Below are positions 9,609 through 18,881 of a stretch of DNA of 64,000 bases, piece by piece; the stretch's first letter is position 1; each line of letters begins with the position of its first letter. The DNA is from Dehalococcoides sp. JdFR-54 (GTDB lineage Bacteria; Chloroflexota; Dehalococcoidia; JdFR-54): positions 4,037 to 68,036 of the forward strand of contig MTNP01000008.1 in assembly GCA_002011475.1 (NCBI GenBank), written 5' to 3'. The notes beneath the pieces were generated by a model that saw only the letters and a list, made by a program, of their open reading frames with translations, was not told where the DNA came from and searched no databases. The position numbers and the translations under genes were made by a program.

Positions 9609-10496
9609 ATGGTACAGCAGCCAGATTTGCTTGTCCAAGAGACGCCCGCCCAGCGCCTAGAGCAGGCTATTGTGGAGTTTGTCCGCTCCAGCCCGGAGAA
9701 CTGCCTCGCCAAAATAGATGGTAGCCCCATCTTTGAGGAACCGTTGGTGGCCTTTGCCGATGGCCACGATCCTCTCTTCCTCCAATACAAGACCATAATC
9801 GGCGACTTCCACCTCACCCCTCGGGAGGTTATGGAGCACCACTTCGGCCCAGAGGCTGCCCAGGTGGGCATCAGCGTCGTCTCCTGGGTGCTGCCCATCG
9901 CCAGGAAGACCCGAATGTCCAATCGCAGAATGAGCCACCGCCCCAGCCAGCGCTGGTCCCATACCCGCTGGTATGGCGAGCATTTCAACGACCAGCTTCG
10001 TCAACATGTGGTGGCTCTGCTGACGAATTGGGGCTATCGGGCGGTAGCTCCAGCCCTGAGCAGCCTCTTCCACATAGTGGAGCACTTCGGCGCCAGGATC
10101 TCTAACTGGTCGGAGAGGCACGTCGCCTATGCAGCCGGTCTGGGCACCTTCAGCCTGAATGACGGCTTTATTACCCCTAAGGGAATTGCCATGAGGTGCG
10201 GCAGCGTGGTCACAGATCTCAGCCTCCCTGCCAGCCCTAGAAACTACTCCTCCCACACTGCCAACTGCCGATTCTATAGGGGCATCTCCTGCCAGGTTTG
10301 TGCTGAGCGTTGCCCCGCCGGTGCTATCACCGCCCAGGGCCATGATAAGACACTATGCAATAGATATATGCGCGAAACCCTCCGCCACCTCCGGGGAGAA
10401 TACGGTGTGGACATCGTCGGGTGCGGTCTGTGCCAGACCAAAGTCCCTTGCGAATCTCGAATCCCGTCTGCTCGAGGGAGCCAGGCCAGCGCCTGA
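9609..10496 (+). CDS. QueG-like (epoxyqueuosine-reductase family) Fe-S protein, truncated paralogue (295 aa).
   Basis: AAGLGTFSLNDGFITPKGIAMRCGSVVTDLSLP core and CQVCAERCPAGAI ferredoxin motif resemble QueG (AAGLGWIGKN...GS.VFLGELLT...CGSCTRCIDACPTGAL). Paralogous to the ORF at 1669. Confidence 0.6.
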   Translation: MVQQPDLLVQETPAQRLEQAIVEFVRSSPENCLAKIDGSPIFEEPLVAFADGHDPLFLQYKTIIGDFHLTPREVMEHHFGPEAAQVGISVVSWVLPIARKTRMSNRRMSHRPSQRWSHTRWYGEHFNDQLRQHVVALLTNWGYRAVAPALSSLFHIVEHFGARISNWSERHVAYAAGLGTFSLNDGFITPKGIAMRCGSVVTDLSLPASPRNYSSHTANCRFYRGISCQVCAERCPAGAITAQGHDKTLCNRYMRETLRHLRGEYGVDIVGCGLCQTKVPCESRIPSARGSQASA

Positions 10497-10503
10497 TGTT
10501 GCC

Positions 10504-11724
10504 TTAGATAACGCCGGCCGCTCTAAGGGCAGCTATCTTCTCCTCACTATAGCCCAGGAGGTGCCGAAAAACCTCGTCGTTGTGCTCACCCAGTCTGGGC
10601 GCGGTGCTCCGCACCCTGCCGGGCGTGAGGGAAAATTTGCCGATGACGTTGGGCATTTTCACCGGGCCGATGTCCGGGTCCTGAACCTCGATGATGTTCT
10701 CCCGCTCCCAGAATAGAGGGTCCTGGAAGATATCGGCCATATTTTGTACCGGCCCCGCCGGGACCCCAGCGTCATCCAGGATATCCACCACCTCTTTCAA
10801 GGTATGCTCCTTGGTCCACTCCTCAACGATGCGGTTGATCTCCTCCCTATTCTCCGCCCGAGCGCTCTGGCTCACGAATCGGGGGTCGGTGGCCAGTTCC
10901 GGCCTGCCCATGGCCTGGCTCAGGCGCCTGAAAACGGGGTCAGTGCTACAGGTGATGGATACCCAGTGGTCGTCCCTGGATTTCCAGATGCCCAGGGGGG
11001 CAGTGCCAGGGAAATCGTTGCCCGTCCTTTCCTGGAGGATGCCCATCTTGTCCCACAGGGCCGGCTGATATTCCTGAAGCCGAAACAGGCCCTCGTAGAC
11101 CGCCAGGTCGATATACTGCCCCTGCCCCCCACCGATGGTATCCCTATAGTAAAGGGCGAACATGATGGACAGGGCGCCGAATATCCCGGTGATGTAGTCG
11201 GCCAGGGATATGGGCGGGTTTAGGGGCGGGCGATCGGGATACCCGGTAATATAGGTCAACCCACTACGTGCCTGACAGGTCATGCCAAAGCCGGCCTTGT
11301 GTCGGTCCGGGCCGGTCTGCCCATATCCAGAGATGCTAAGCATAATGATGCCGGGGTTCACCTCCTTCAGGTCCTCATAGGCAAGGTTCCACTCCGCCAC
11401 CGTGCCCGGGCGGAAGTTCTCGACCACCACATCAGAGATCTTCGCCAGGTCCTTGATCACCCCCTGCCCCTCACGCCTGCGCATATCAACGGTGATGCTT
11501 TTCTTATTGCGGCCGTTCACCGTCCACCACAGGGATTGCCCCTGGTATTTGGGACTCATCCCTCTCAGGCCATCGCCGACCCCCGGCTGCTCCACTTTGA
11601 TAACCTGGGCCCCGAAATCGCCGAGCAGAGAGCAAGCGAAAGGCGCCGCCAAGACATGGCCTATCTCCAGAACCCTTACCTTGGACAAAGGAAGCTCAGT
11701 GGAATTCCTCTCAACCTGCGCCAT
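10504..11724 (-). CDS. Family III (CaiB/BaiF) CoA-transferase.
   Basis: VRVLEIGHVLAAPFACSLLGDFGAQVIKVEQPG N-terminal signature and length ~405 aa. Start chosen at the second ATG (11724), preceded by GGAGGAGGG. Confidence 0.85.
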   Translation of the reverse strand: MAQVERNSTELPLSKVRVLEIGHVLAAPFACSLLGDFGAQVIKVEQPGVGDGLRGMSPKYQGQSLWWTVNGRNKKSITVDMRRREGQGVIKDLAKISDVVVENFRPGTVAEWNLAYEDLKEVNPGIIMLSISGYGQTGPDRHKAGFGMTCQARSGLTYITGYPDRPPLNPPISLADYITGIFGALSIMFALYYRDTIGGGQGQYIDLAVYEGLFRLQEYQPALWDKMGILQERTGNDFPGTAPLGIWKSRDDHWVSITCSTDPVFRRLSQAMGRPELATDPRFVSQSARAENREEINRIVEEWTKEHTLKEVVDILDDAGVPAGPVQNMADIFQDPLFWERENIIEVQDPDIGPVKMPNVIGKFSLTPGRVRSTAPRLGEHNDEVFRHLLGYSEEKIAALRAAGVI

Positions 11725-11975
11725 AGGACATCCCTCCTCCGCCGACTTGGAATGGCTTGTCATCGGCTTTCGGTCTGGGCAAAAGTATAGAGGCTCACCG
11801 CCCCTGCGTCAAGTTTGTGCGTCGTCCTCCTCTATATTGTTGACAATCTTGCCTTCAATGGCTATACTCTTCATTGGCGTGCGTCCTATCCCCTGAATGC
11901 CGTTGGCGAGAAGGAAACCCTGACTGCGCCTTCAAAGGCGGAAAGTTTGTTGCACATCATAGGGAAGGAGGGGAA

Positions 11976-12899
11976 ATGAACAGGTCGAAATCGATCACCA
12001 TCATAGAGGTGGGGCCCCGGGATGGATTCCAGAACCTGGCCGATGAGATTCCCACTGCCGACAAGATCAGGATTGTGGACCTCCTAGCTGATACTGGTCT
12101 GAAGATGATCGAGACTTCATCCTTTGTTCATCCCAAATGGATACCCCAACTGAAGGATGCCGCCGAGGTATTTGCCGGCATCCATAAGAAGCCCGGCGTC
12201 TCCTATAGCGCCTTGATCCCCAATGAGAAGGGCCTGGACAGGGCCATCGAGTGTGGGGTGGGCGAGGTGGTGTTCGTGGTCGCTGCCAGCAATAGCCTGA
12301 ACCGCGCCAATCAGAACATGACCACGGAGGAATCATTGGCCTACCTGGAACCTATTGCCCAAAAGTCGAGACGACACGGCATTCGGGTGCGCGGCATTAT
12401 CGCTGCCTCCTTCGGCTGCTCCTACGAAGGAGAGGTTCCCATCAAGCAGGTCATCGACATCGGAAAGGAGCTGCGGCGGATGGGTGCCTTCGAGATCTCC
12501 CTGGCGGATTCCTTCGGGATGGCCCACCCTCGCCAGGTTAGGCAGGTGGTATCCCGGTTTCTGAGGGAAATAAACGATGTGAGCGTGGGCGTCCATTTCC
12601 ACGATACCAAGGGCACAGGCACGGCCAACGCTTACGCCGCCTTTGAGGCTGGGGTCAATGTCTTCGAGTCCTCCATCGCCGGCCTGGGGGGCTGTCCCTA
12701 TGCCTTAGGCGCCCCCGGAAATGTGGCCACAGAGAGCCTGGTTTACATGTTCCATAAGATGGGCATAGACTCCGGCATAGACCTAGACAAATTGTTGGCC
12801 TGTGCCGAAACGGTTAAGGAGATCGTGGGCTGGCCCCCCAAGACCTGGTCCTCCGAGAGAACCCGCTGGAACTGGAAGGAAGCCTCGGTGCCGGCGTAA
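11976..12899 (+). CDS. HMG-CoA-lyase-like (HMGL family) acyl-CoA lyase; could be a citramalyl-CoA-type lyase.
   Basis: ITIIEVGPRDGFQN (DRE-TIM metallolyase motif), HFHDTKGTG, GLGGCPYA. ATG at 11976 preceded by GGAAGGAGGGG. Confidence 0.8.
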   Translation: MNRSKSITIIEVGPRDGFQNLADEIPTADKIRIVDLLADTGLKMIETSSFVHPKWIPQLKDAAEVFAGIHKKPGVSYSALIPNEKGLDRAIECGVGEVVFVVAASNSLNRANQNMTTEESLAYLEPIAQKSRRHGIRVRGIIAASFGCSYEGEVPIKQVIDIGKELRRMGAFEISLADSFGMAHPRQVRQVVSRFLREINDVSVGVHFHDTKGTGTANAYAAFEAGVNVFESSIAGLGGCPYALGAPGNVATESLVYMFHKMGIDSGIDLDKLLACAETVKEIVGWPPKTWSSERTRWNWKEASVPA

Positions 12900-12931
12900 C
12901 ATCCCCTGCCAGTTTATGGAAAGGATAGGCC

Positions 12932-13816
12932 ATGCGAGCCCAAGTGACCCTCACCCCCACTGAGTCGAAGAAACTGATTGCCAAGGCGGTGGCGAGGATG
13001 GACATAGTGAAGCGGGCCTTGGCACAGGGAACAGTAGTTCTGCACCCCAGCAGTAGCACCTACTTCATCGTAGAAGAGATCACCAGGGATAAGCCCAAGA
13101 CCAATACCTGGGTCTGCGGCATCGTAGCCCCCAAGGGTACCTGCGTAGAGATGGGCTCTGCCATAGGCAGTCATTCCATAGTCTCAAAAGTGACCCAGGA
13201 GAGTGCCACTACCAATCCCAAGGCTTTCCGGCATTCCTGGGTCATTAGAGGCGGCGAAATGACCACGGGTATACCCCTCGGCTCCCTCCTGGAGGATTTA
13301 GGCCCTGAGGATGTCTATATAAAGGGCGTGAATGCCCTAGATACAGAGGGCAACGTCGGCGTCCTCATCGGCAATCCCATAGAGGGAGGCACTATCGGAC
13401 AGGTAATGGCTGCCTCCAGGGGAAAGGGATTTAACGTTATCTTCCCAGTGGGCCTGGAGAAGTTGATCCCCATTCCCGTCAAAGAGGCGGCTAAGGAGGC
13501 CCTGAGAACGAGCTATGAGTACGCCATGGGTATAGGCTGTGCCCTATTCCCCTGCCAAGGGATAACGGTGACCGAGCCCAAGGCCATCGAGATCCTCAGC
13601 GGCGCCACGGCCATCCCTATTTCGGCGGGCGGTTTAGGCGGGGCGGAGGGATCGGTAACGCTGGTCATTAGGGGGGATGAAGAGCAAGTTCGTAAGGCCA
13701 TTGATTATGCGGAGCAGTCCAAAGGGGCCAGATTACCCCAGGTGCGCACCTTTAATTGCCATCAGTGCGACGTCTCATTCTGTTACTTCCCGGTGGGCGA
13801 TAAGCCTTGGGCCTGA
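12932..13816 (+). CDS. Conserved hypothetical protein (294 aa) with a Cys-rich C-terminus (CHQCDVSFCYFP); no family recognised.
   Basis: Long ORF with consistent codon usage sitting inside the metabolic gene cluster; two internal Cys-containing loops (GTCVEMG, GIGCALFPCQG). Confidence 0.5.
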   Translation: MRAQVTLTPTESKKLIAKAVARMDIVKRALAQGTVVLHPSSSTYFIVEEITRDKPKTNTWVCGIVAPKGTCVEMGSAIGSHSIVSKVTQESATTNPKAFRHSWVIRGGEMTTGIPLGSLLEDLGPEDVYIKGVNALDTEGNVGVLIGNPIEGGTIGQVMAASRGKGFNVIFPVGLEKLIPIPVKEAAKEALRTSYEYAMGIGCALFPCQGITVTEPKAIEILSGATAIPISAGGLGGAEGSVTLVIRGDEEQVRKAIDYAEQSKGARLPQVRTFNCHQCDVSFCYFPVGDKPWA

Positions 13817-14017
13817 GTGGGCGACTCCCAAGGGATGGGATAGTGACCAGGATGTCCCAAAGCATGTGCGGTGGCCGCCCAGGTCGGCGCCGAGAAGATG
13901 CTAGAGTTAATGCCTGAGCCTGCTGCAAAGTGAGGCAGTGGCAAATAGCTTGGCCTTTTTACGCATACCTCAGGAGTTCCACGTCTCCACACGACTTCAA
14001 GGGGAGGAATTAGAGTA

Positions 14018-14947
14018 ATGCAGGAGCTTCTGGTGAGCAGGAAAACCCTTTATGACCTGATGTACAATTCCATCGTCATGGCAGCTACTATTATGCCCTC
14101 CGATGTCAAAGACGAAATCCTGAGCCTGATAGCCGAGGAGACCAACGAGATCGCCCGATTGCATCTGGAGTCTACCATGCGGAACTGCATTGAGCTGGGG
14201 GAGAAGGAGGACAGGCTACTTTGTCCCGATACCGGAACTCCCCTATATTATGTAAGGGTAGGCAATAACGTGAGGATAGAGGGAGGATTCTCCGCCCTAT
14301 ATGATGAGAGCAAGAAGGCGGTCAGCGATGCCACGGCCAATGCCAAGCTGAGACCTAACATGGTTCATCCCATAACCCGCAAGAGCACCGGGAACAATAT
14401 TGGCCACTACGTGCCCAGGGTGGAGATAAGGTTCGACCCGGATATAGATTATATGGACGTTATCGCCGTTCCCAAAGGAGGCGGCTCTGAGATCTTCGGC
14501 ACCTTTTATCGCGTGATGTACCCCGCCGACGGCAGAAAGGGGATAATGAAGTTCATCCTAGATTGTATCAAGGAGTCCACCTATGCCGGAAAGACCTGCC
14601 CGCCCAATGTGCTCGGCATCGGCATCGGGGGCACCGCGGACATCTGCATGAAGATAGCCAAGGAAGCGGCGGTGCTGCGACCCATCGGCAGTCGCCACCC
14701 CGACAAGGATATAGCTGACCTGGAGCTGGAAGTGGTGGAACTCATAAAAACGGCAGGGGCAGGGCCCATGGGGATGGGTGGTACCTCCGGGGTGCTGGAT
14801 GTACACATCGAATACGCGGTTACCCATACCGCCGGATTGCCCATAGCCTTTAATGCCCAGTGTGCCCTCAGCCGGCGGAAGGTGGCCCGCATTACCCCGG
14901 ACGGGCAAATCACCTACAGCGATTTCCCCCAATGGGAATACAGGTAA
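14018..14947 (+). CDS. Class I (Fe-S) fumarate hydratase / tartrate dehydratase alpha-type subunit; candidate mesaconase.
   Basis: N-terminal catalytic domain motifs of FumA/TtdA (CPDTGTP, KTCPPNVLGIGIGGT). Strong SD AAGGGGAGG. Confidence 0.85.
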   Translation: MQELLVSRKTLYDLMYNSIVMAATIMPSDVKDEILSLIAEETNEIARLHLESTMRNCIELGEKEDRLLCPDTGTPLYYVRVGNNVRIEGGFSALYDESKKAVSDATANAKLRPNMVHPITRKSTGNNIGHYVPRVEIRFDPDIDYMDVIAVPKGGGSEIFGTFYRVMYPADGRKGIMKFILDCIKESTYAGKTCPPNVLGIGIGGTADICMKIAKEAAVLRPIGSRHPDKDIADLELEVVELIKTAGAGPMGMGGTSGVLDVHIEYAVTHTAGLPIAFNAQCALSRRKVARITPDGQITYSDFPQWEYR

Positions 14948-14979
14948 TAGGTCTTGTCCCAGCCAGTGAGTAGGAGGAA

Positions 14980-15609
14980 TTGAACATGGCCACGAAAAGA
15001 CTGACCATCCCCCTCTCCCAAGAAGACGTCCGGGGGCTAAAGGTCGGCGACATTGTCTACTTGGATGGGCTCATCTACACGGCGAGGTCGCTGTTTCAGT
15101 TACAGGTCGTGGAGCAGGACATACTGCCGCCCATCGATTTCAGCAGACTGAATGTAATGGTTCATATAGGCCCGGTGATGAAGAAGGTGGGAGATAGCTG
15201 GATGCCAGTGAGCATGGCCCCCACGTCCAGCATTCGCTTTGAGAAGCTGGGGCCCACCATAATCAAGAAGCTGGGCGTCAGGGCCTTCATCGGCAAGACT
15301 ACCATGGGCGAGAAGACCATGCAGGCCATGAAAGAGTACGGCTGTGTCCACCTCTCTGTAGTTGGGGTGATGGGCAACATCTTCGCCAAACAGGTCAAGC
15401 GAGTGGTGGAGGTGCATAACCTGGAGTTGGGCATCCCTGAAGCCACCTGGGTGATGGAAGTGGAAAACGCCGGGCCCTTCATCGTGGATATTGATACTCA
15501 CGGCAACAACCTGTTCCACCAAGTAAATGCCGAGGTGGAGAAAAGATTCGACCAAGTCTATGAGAAGTATGGGCTCAAGGACTTTGCCTATACCAACGTG
15601 GGTGCCTGA
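14980..15609 (+). CDS. Class I fumarate hydratase / tartrate dehydratase beta-type subunit.
   Basis: 209 aa resembling the TtdB/FumA C-terminal domain; immediately downstream of the alpha subunit; SD AGGAGG. Confidence 0.8.
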   Translation: MNMATKRLTIPLSQEDVRGLKVGDIVYLDGLIYTARSLFQLQVVEQDILPPIDFSRLNVMVHIGPVMKKVGDSWMPVSMAPTSSIRFEKLGPTIIKKLGVRAFIGKTTMGEKTMQAMKEYGCVHLSVVGVMGNIFAKQVKRVVEVHNLELGIPEATWVMEVENAGPFIVDIDTHGNNLFHQVNAEVEKRFDQVYEKYGLKDFAYTNVGA

Positions 15610-15645
15610 GCTAGATCAGAAGAACTCACCGAGTTTTCCCGGAAG

Positions 15646-15846
15646 ATGAGCTACAAGAAGCTGGGATTCGCCTTCTGTGCCAGGGTGACCCATGAGGCCC
15701 TGGGAGAGCTGATAGAGAGGTTCCATAAGTTTTCAGCACCGGTTTTCTCCGAAAGCCGAAGGCGTGAGATCATAGCCAAGGTGAGGTCGGTGGAGGCCGA
15801 GGCGGCGATCTCCAATTTGACCAGTTTGTTCGTAAAAGAAACCTGA
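15646..15846 (+). CDS. Small hypothetical protein (66 aa).
   Basis: ORF with cluster-like codon usage and no overlap; weak RBS. Confidence 0.25.
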   Translation: MSYKKLGFAFCARVTHEALGELIERFHKFSAPVFSESRRREIIAKVRSVEAEAAISNLTSLFVKET

Positions 15847-15864
15847 AAGGAGGCAAGGAGCGTC

Positions 15865-16296
15865 ATGGCCGAAGCTGCCATCTGGAACCTGAAAGAGGTC
15901 TTAGAGCGGAGCCGCGTCTCTGATGAGGATGTCAAGGGAAAGGGCTTTGCCGAGTCCATCAGCAGAACCTTTCTGGTACAGAGCAAGTACCTTTCCGTAG
16001 TACTGGTACAGGCACAGCCTCAGACTTCCCCTTACTTGCACACCCATCAGGACCACGACGAGGTCATCCTCGTCCTGGAGGGGGAGGGCGAGTTCGTTTC
16101 TGGAGACATCACCAAGAAGGTCGGGCCTGGAGACCTCATCTATGCCCCCGCGGGCACGGTACACGCGCCCAACTTTCCTGGTAAAGCGGTGAGGCTAGCC
16201 ATCTACGCGCCCCACTTCGACCCCGACAGACCCGATAGGGTGGAAGTGAAGCCTTCGGGCTGGATGCGTGAAGGCAAGGCCGCCTCACCGGATTAG
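15865..16296 (+). CDS. Cupin-domain protein.
   Basis: 143 aa with a cupin_2-like core (HTHQDHDEVILVLEGEGEF...PAGTVHAP); SD AAAGGAGG. Confidence 0.6.
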   Translation: MAEAAIWNLKEVLERSRVSDEDVKGKGFAESISRTFLVQSKYLSVVLVQAQPQTSPYLHTHQDHDEVILVLEGEGEFVSGDITKKVGPGDLIYAPAGTVHAPNFPGKAVRLAIYAPHFDPDRPDRVEVKPSGWMREGKAASPD

Positions 16297-16352
16297 AAGA
16301 TGCCTCCTCCCCCTTTGTCTAGGACATAGAAGCTTGGCTGAGGGAATGCAAT

Positions 16353-17621
16353 ATGGCTAGAATCTATGAGTATCAAGGAAAGCAATTGCTCAAAGCTGTA
16401 GGGATACCTGTTCCTCAGGGGGATGTGGCTGCCACCCCTGAAGAGGTCCGCAGGATTGCAGCAAGCATAGGAAAGCCTGTGGCCATCAAGGCTCAGATAT
16501 GGGTCACGGGGCGTTTCAAGGCGGGCGGCATAAGATTCGCCAGCGACTCTGAAGAGGCGGAGAAAATCGCTCAGGAATTCCTGGGAAGTAGGATCAAGGG
16601 CTTGCTTGTAGAACAGGTGCTCGTTGAAGAGAAACTGGATGTGGATCGTGAGTTCTATGTCGGCGTAATCGTGAACGACTCCTACAAGGTTAGGGCCCCG
16701 GTCTTGGTGTTCTGTAGCGAGGGTGGGGTGGATGTGGAGGAGGTGGCCGCCCGAAATCCGGAACGGGTAGCTACCCTGCCCGTCGATTACCTCAAGGGGG
16801 TGGGGCCCTCGGAGGCGCAAGAGCTAATAGCCAAGATGTCCCTAGAAGCTGCCCTGTCCTCTGAGCTGGTCAAGGTCATCTCCGGCCTCTACCAGGCTTT
16901 CCAGAAGTACGATGCCCGGGTGGCCGAGATCAACCCCCTGGTCTTCACCAAAGACGGCCGTATCTATGCAGCGGATTGCCGGTTCACCCTCGATGATAAC
17001 GCCCTCTTCCGCCACCCCGAGTTCGGCATTAAGGTCCCTCGGGACATGGATCGAGAGCCCACCGAACTCGAGGAGATCGCCTGGCAGATAGAAGAAACCG
17101 ACTACCGGGGAACGGGCTACTTCACTCAGCTAGTCCCCGAGGTCAAAGAGGAGGGCTACGTCGGCTTCCACGGCATAGGCGGGGGGGCAGCCATGCTGGC
17201 GGCTAGCGCCCTGCTAACCCGCGGGCTGAAGATAGCTGACTATGCAGATACCAGCGGCGACCCACCCGCCAGCAAGGTGTATAAGGTGATCAAATGCATC
17301 TTGGCACTGCCCGTCGATGGCTATGTATTGATGGGCTCGGTCCTCGCCAACCAAGAACAATGGCATCATGCCCATGCCATCGTTAAAGCCTTGAGGGAGG
17401 AGCTGAAGGATAGGCCCGGATTCCCCGTGCTGCTCCTCGTCGCCGGGAACAAGGAAAACGAATCCCACCAGATCATCAGAGATGGCCTGAAGGACCTGCC
17501 CATACGCTGGGAACTCTACGGGCGGGATTACATCTACAAGACCGATTTCATAGCCGACAGGGCGGCGGACTTGGTGAAGGCCTATCTGGAAGAGAAACAC
17601 CACAAAGCAGCAGGCAGGTGA
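16353..17621 (+). CDS. Succinyl-CoA-synthetase-like acid--CoA ligase (ADP-forming), beta subunit (ATP-grasp), copy 1.
   Basis: MARIYEYQGKQLLK...GIPVP N-terminus, ATP-grasp and C-terminal CoA-ligase domain, as in SucC / MtkA / CcsA. Confidence 0.8.
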   Translation: MARIYEYQGKQLLKAVGIPVPQGDVAATPEEVRRIAASIGKPVAIKAQIWVTGRFKAGGIRFASDSEEAEKIAQEFLGSRIKGLLVEQVLVEEKLDVDREFYVGVIVNDSYKVRAPVLVFCSEGGVDVEEVAARNPERVATLPVDYLKGVGPSEAQELIAKMSLEAALSSELVKVISGLYQAFQKYDARVAEINPLVFTKDGRIYAADCRFTLDDNALFRHPEFGIKVPRDMDREPTELEEIAWQIEETDYRGTGYFTQLVPEVKEEGYVGFHGIGGGAAMLAASALLTRGLKIADYADTSGDPPASKVYKVIKCILALPVDGYVLMGSVLANQEQWHHAHAIVKALREELKDRPGFPVLLLVAGNKENESHQIIRDGLKDLPIRWELYGRDYIYKTDFIADRAADLVKAYLEEKHHKAAGR

Positions 17622-17627
17622 ATCATC

Positions 17628-17966
17628 ATGGCCCAAGGAAAACTGGAGTTCGAGGCTCGAACCTCCAAGATCACCATCGATTACGACCGGTGTGAGCCGG
17701 CCACAAAGAACACCCCCAACCCCTCCTGCGGCTTCGCCTGTATTAAGGCCGACCGCTGCTACGGCCGAAATGTCCTGAAAATAGAGGGGAATAGACCTGT
17801 GCTTGCCAGTCCGAACCCGGAGGAGATAAGGCGTTTGTGCAACGAGTGTCTGGCCTGCGAATATGACTGCTGGCTCTATGGGGCGGGCTGTATCCACATC
17901 GAGATCCCCTTCCCCGACCTCGACGCCTATAAAGAGAAGGTCAGGACAGGAAAAAGAGGTGAGTAG
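17628..17966 (+). CDS. Small Cys-rich (ferredoxin-like) protein inserted between ligase beta and alpha genes.
   Basis: 112 aa, translationally coupled on both sides, with CNECLACEYDC and upstream C..C..C pattern. Confidence 0.5.
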   Translation: MAQGKLEFEARTSKITIDYDRCEPATKNTPNPSCGFACIKADRCYGRNVLKIEGNRPVLASPNPEEIRRLCNECLACEYDCWLYGAGCIHIEIPFPDLDAYKEKVRTGKRGE

Positions 17967-17968
17967 AG

Positions 17969-18868
17969 ATGGCCATAATCGTTGACAAGACCACCAGAGT
18001 GCTCGTCCAAGGTATCACGGGGCGATTCGGCGAATTCATAACCAGGAACATGCTGGAGGTCGGTACCAATGTAGTGGCCGGGGTGACCCCAGGGCGCGGG
18101 GGTCAGGCGGTATGGGGTATCCCCGTCTACAATACCGTTAGGGAGGCGATAGAAGAGCAGGGGCCCATAGATGCCAGCGTTGTCCTGGTACCTGGCCCAG
18201 ATGCTAAAAAGGCGGTGCTGGAGGCTTTCGACCAAGGGATAAAGACCCTGCTAATGGAGGTGGAGCGGGTCCCCCTGCACGACGCCTTGGAGGTAATAGC
18301 CCACGCCAAGAAAGCCGGCGCCCGATTGATCGGCCCCGGCTCCGCAGGGCTGGTCAGCCCCGGCAAGGCCTCCCTGGGCGTCTTCGGTTCCCCCGAGGAG
18401 TTAGCCCGGGTCGCCTTCATCCCGGGCCGGGTTGGGGTTATCTCGCGAAGCGGTGGGCAAACCTCCACCCTCTCCTGGAACGTCTGCCGCGCCGGGCTGG
18501 GCATAAGCACTGCCATCAACCTGGGCTCCGAGCCGGTCTTGGGCACCACCTTCGCCGAGCTTCTATGCCTGTTTCAAGCCGACGACGAGACCGACGGGGT
18601 AGCCTATTTCGGGGAGATCGGCACAGTCCAAGAAGAGGAGGCAGCGGAGGTTATCAAGGAGGGGAAGTATACCAAGCCGTTGGTAGCCTACGTCGCCGGC
18701 AGAGCCCTCCCCTCGGGGCTGCGCTTCTCCCACGCCAGCGCCATCATTGAGGGCGGCAGGGGCACAGCGGAGAGCAAGGTCAGGGCCCTGAAGGAGGCCG
18801 GAGTATACGTAGCCGATAGGCCGGAGGACATAGGCCCTACCTTAGCGCAGATCCTCAAACGCGACTAA
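17969..18868 (+). CDS. Succinyl-CoA-synthetase-like ligase alpha subunit (CoA-binding), copy 1.
   Basis: VLVQGITGRFG CoA-binding N-terminus and phosphohistidine loop FSHASAII (SucD MGHAGAII). Confidence 0.8.
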   Translation: MAIIVDKTTRVLVQGITGRFGEFITRNMLEVGTNVVAGVTPGRGGQAVWGIPVYNTVREAIEEQGPIDASVVLVPGPDAKKAVLEAFDQGIKTLLMEVERVPLHDALEVIAHAKKAGARLIGPGSAGLVSPGKASLGVFGSPEELARVAFIPGRVGVISRSGGQTSTLSWNVCRAGLGISTAINLGSEPVLGTTFAELLCLFQADDETDGVAYFGEIGTVQEEEAAEVIKEGKYTKPLVAYVAGRALPSGLRFSHASAIIEGGRGTAESKVRALKEAGVYVADRPEDIGPTLAQILKRD

Positions 18869-18881
18869 ATGGGAGATAGCC

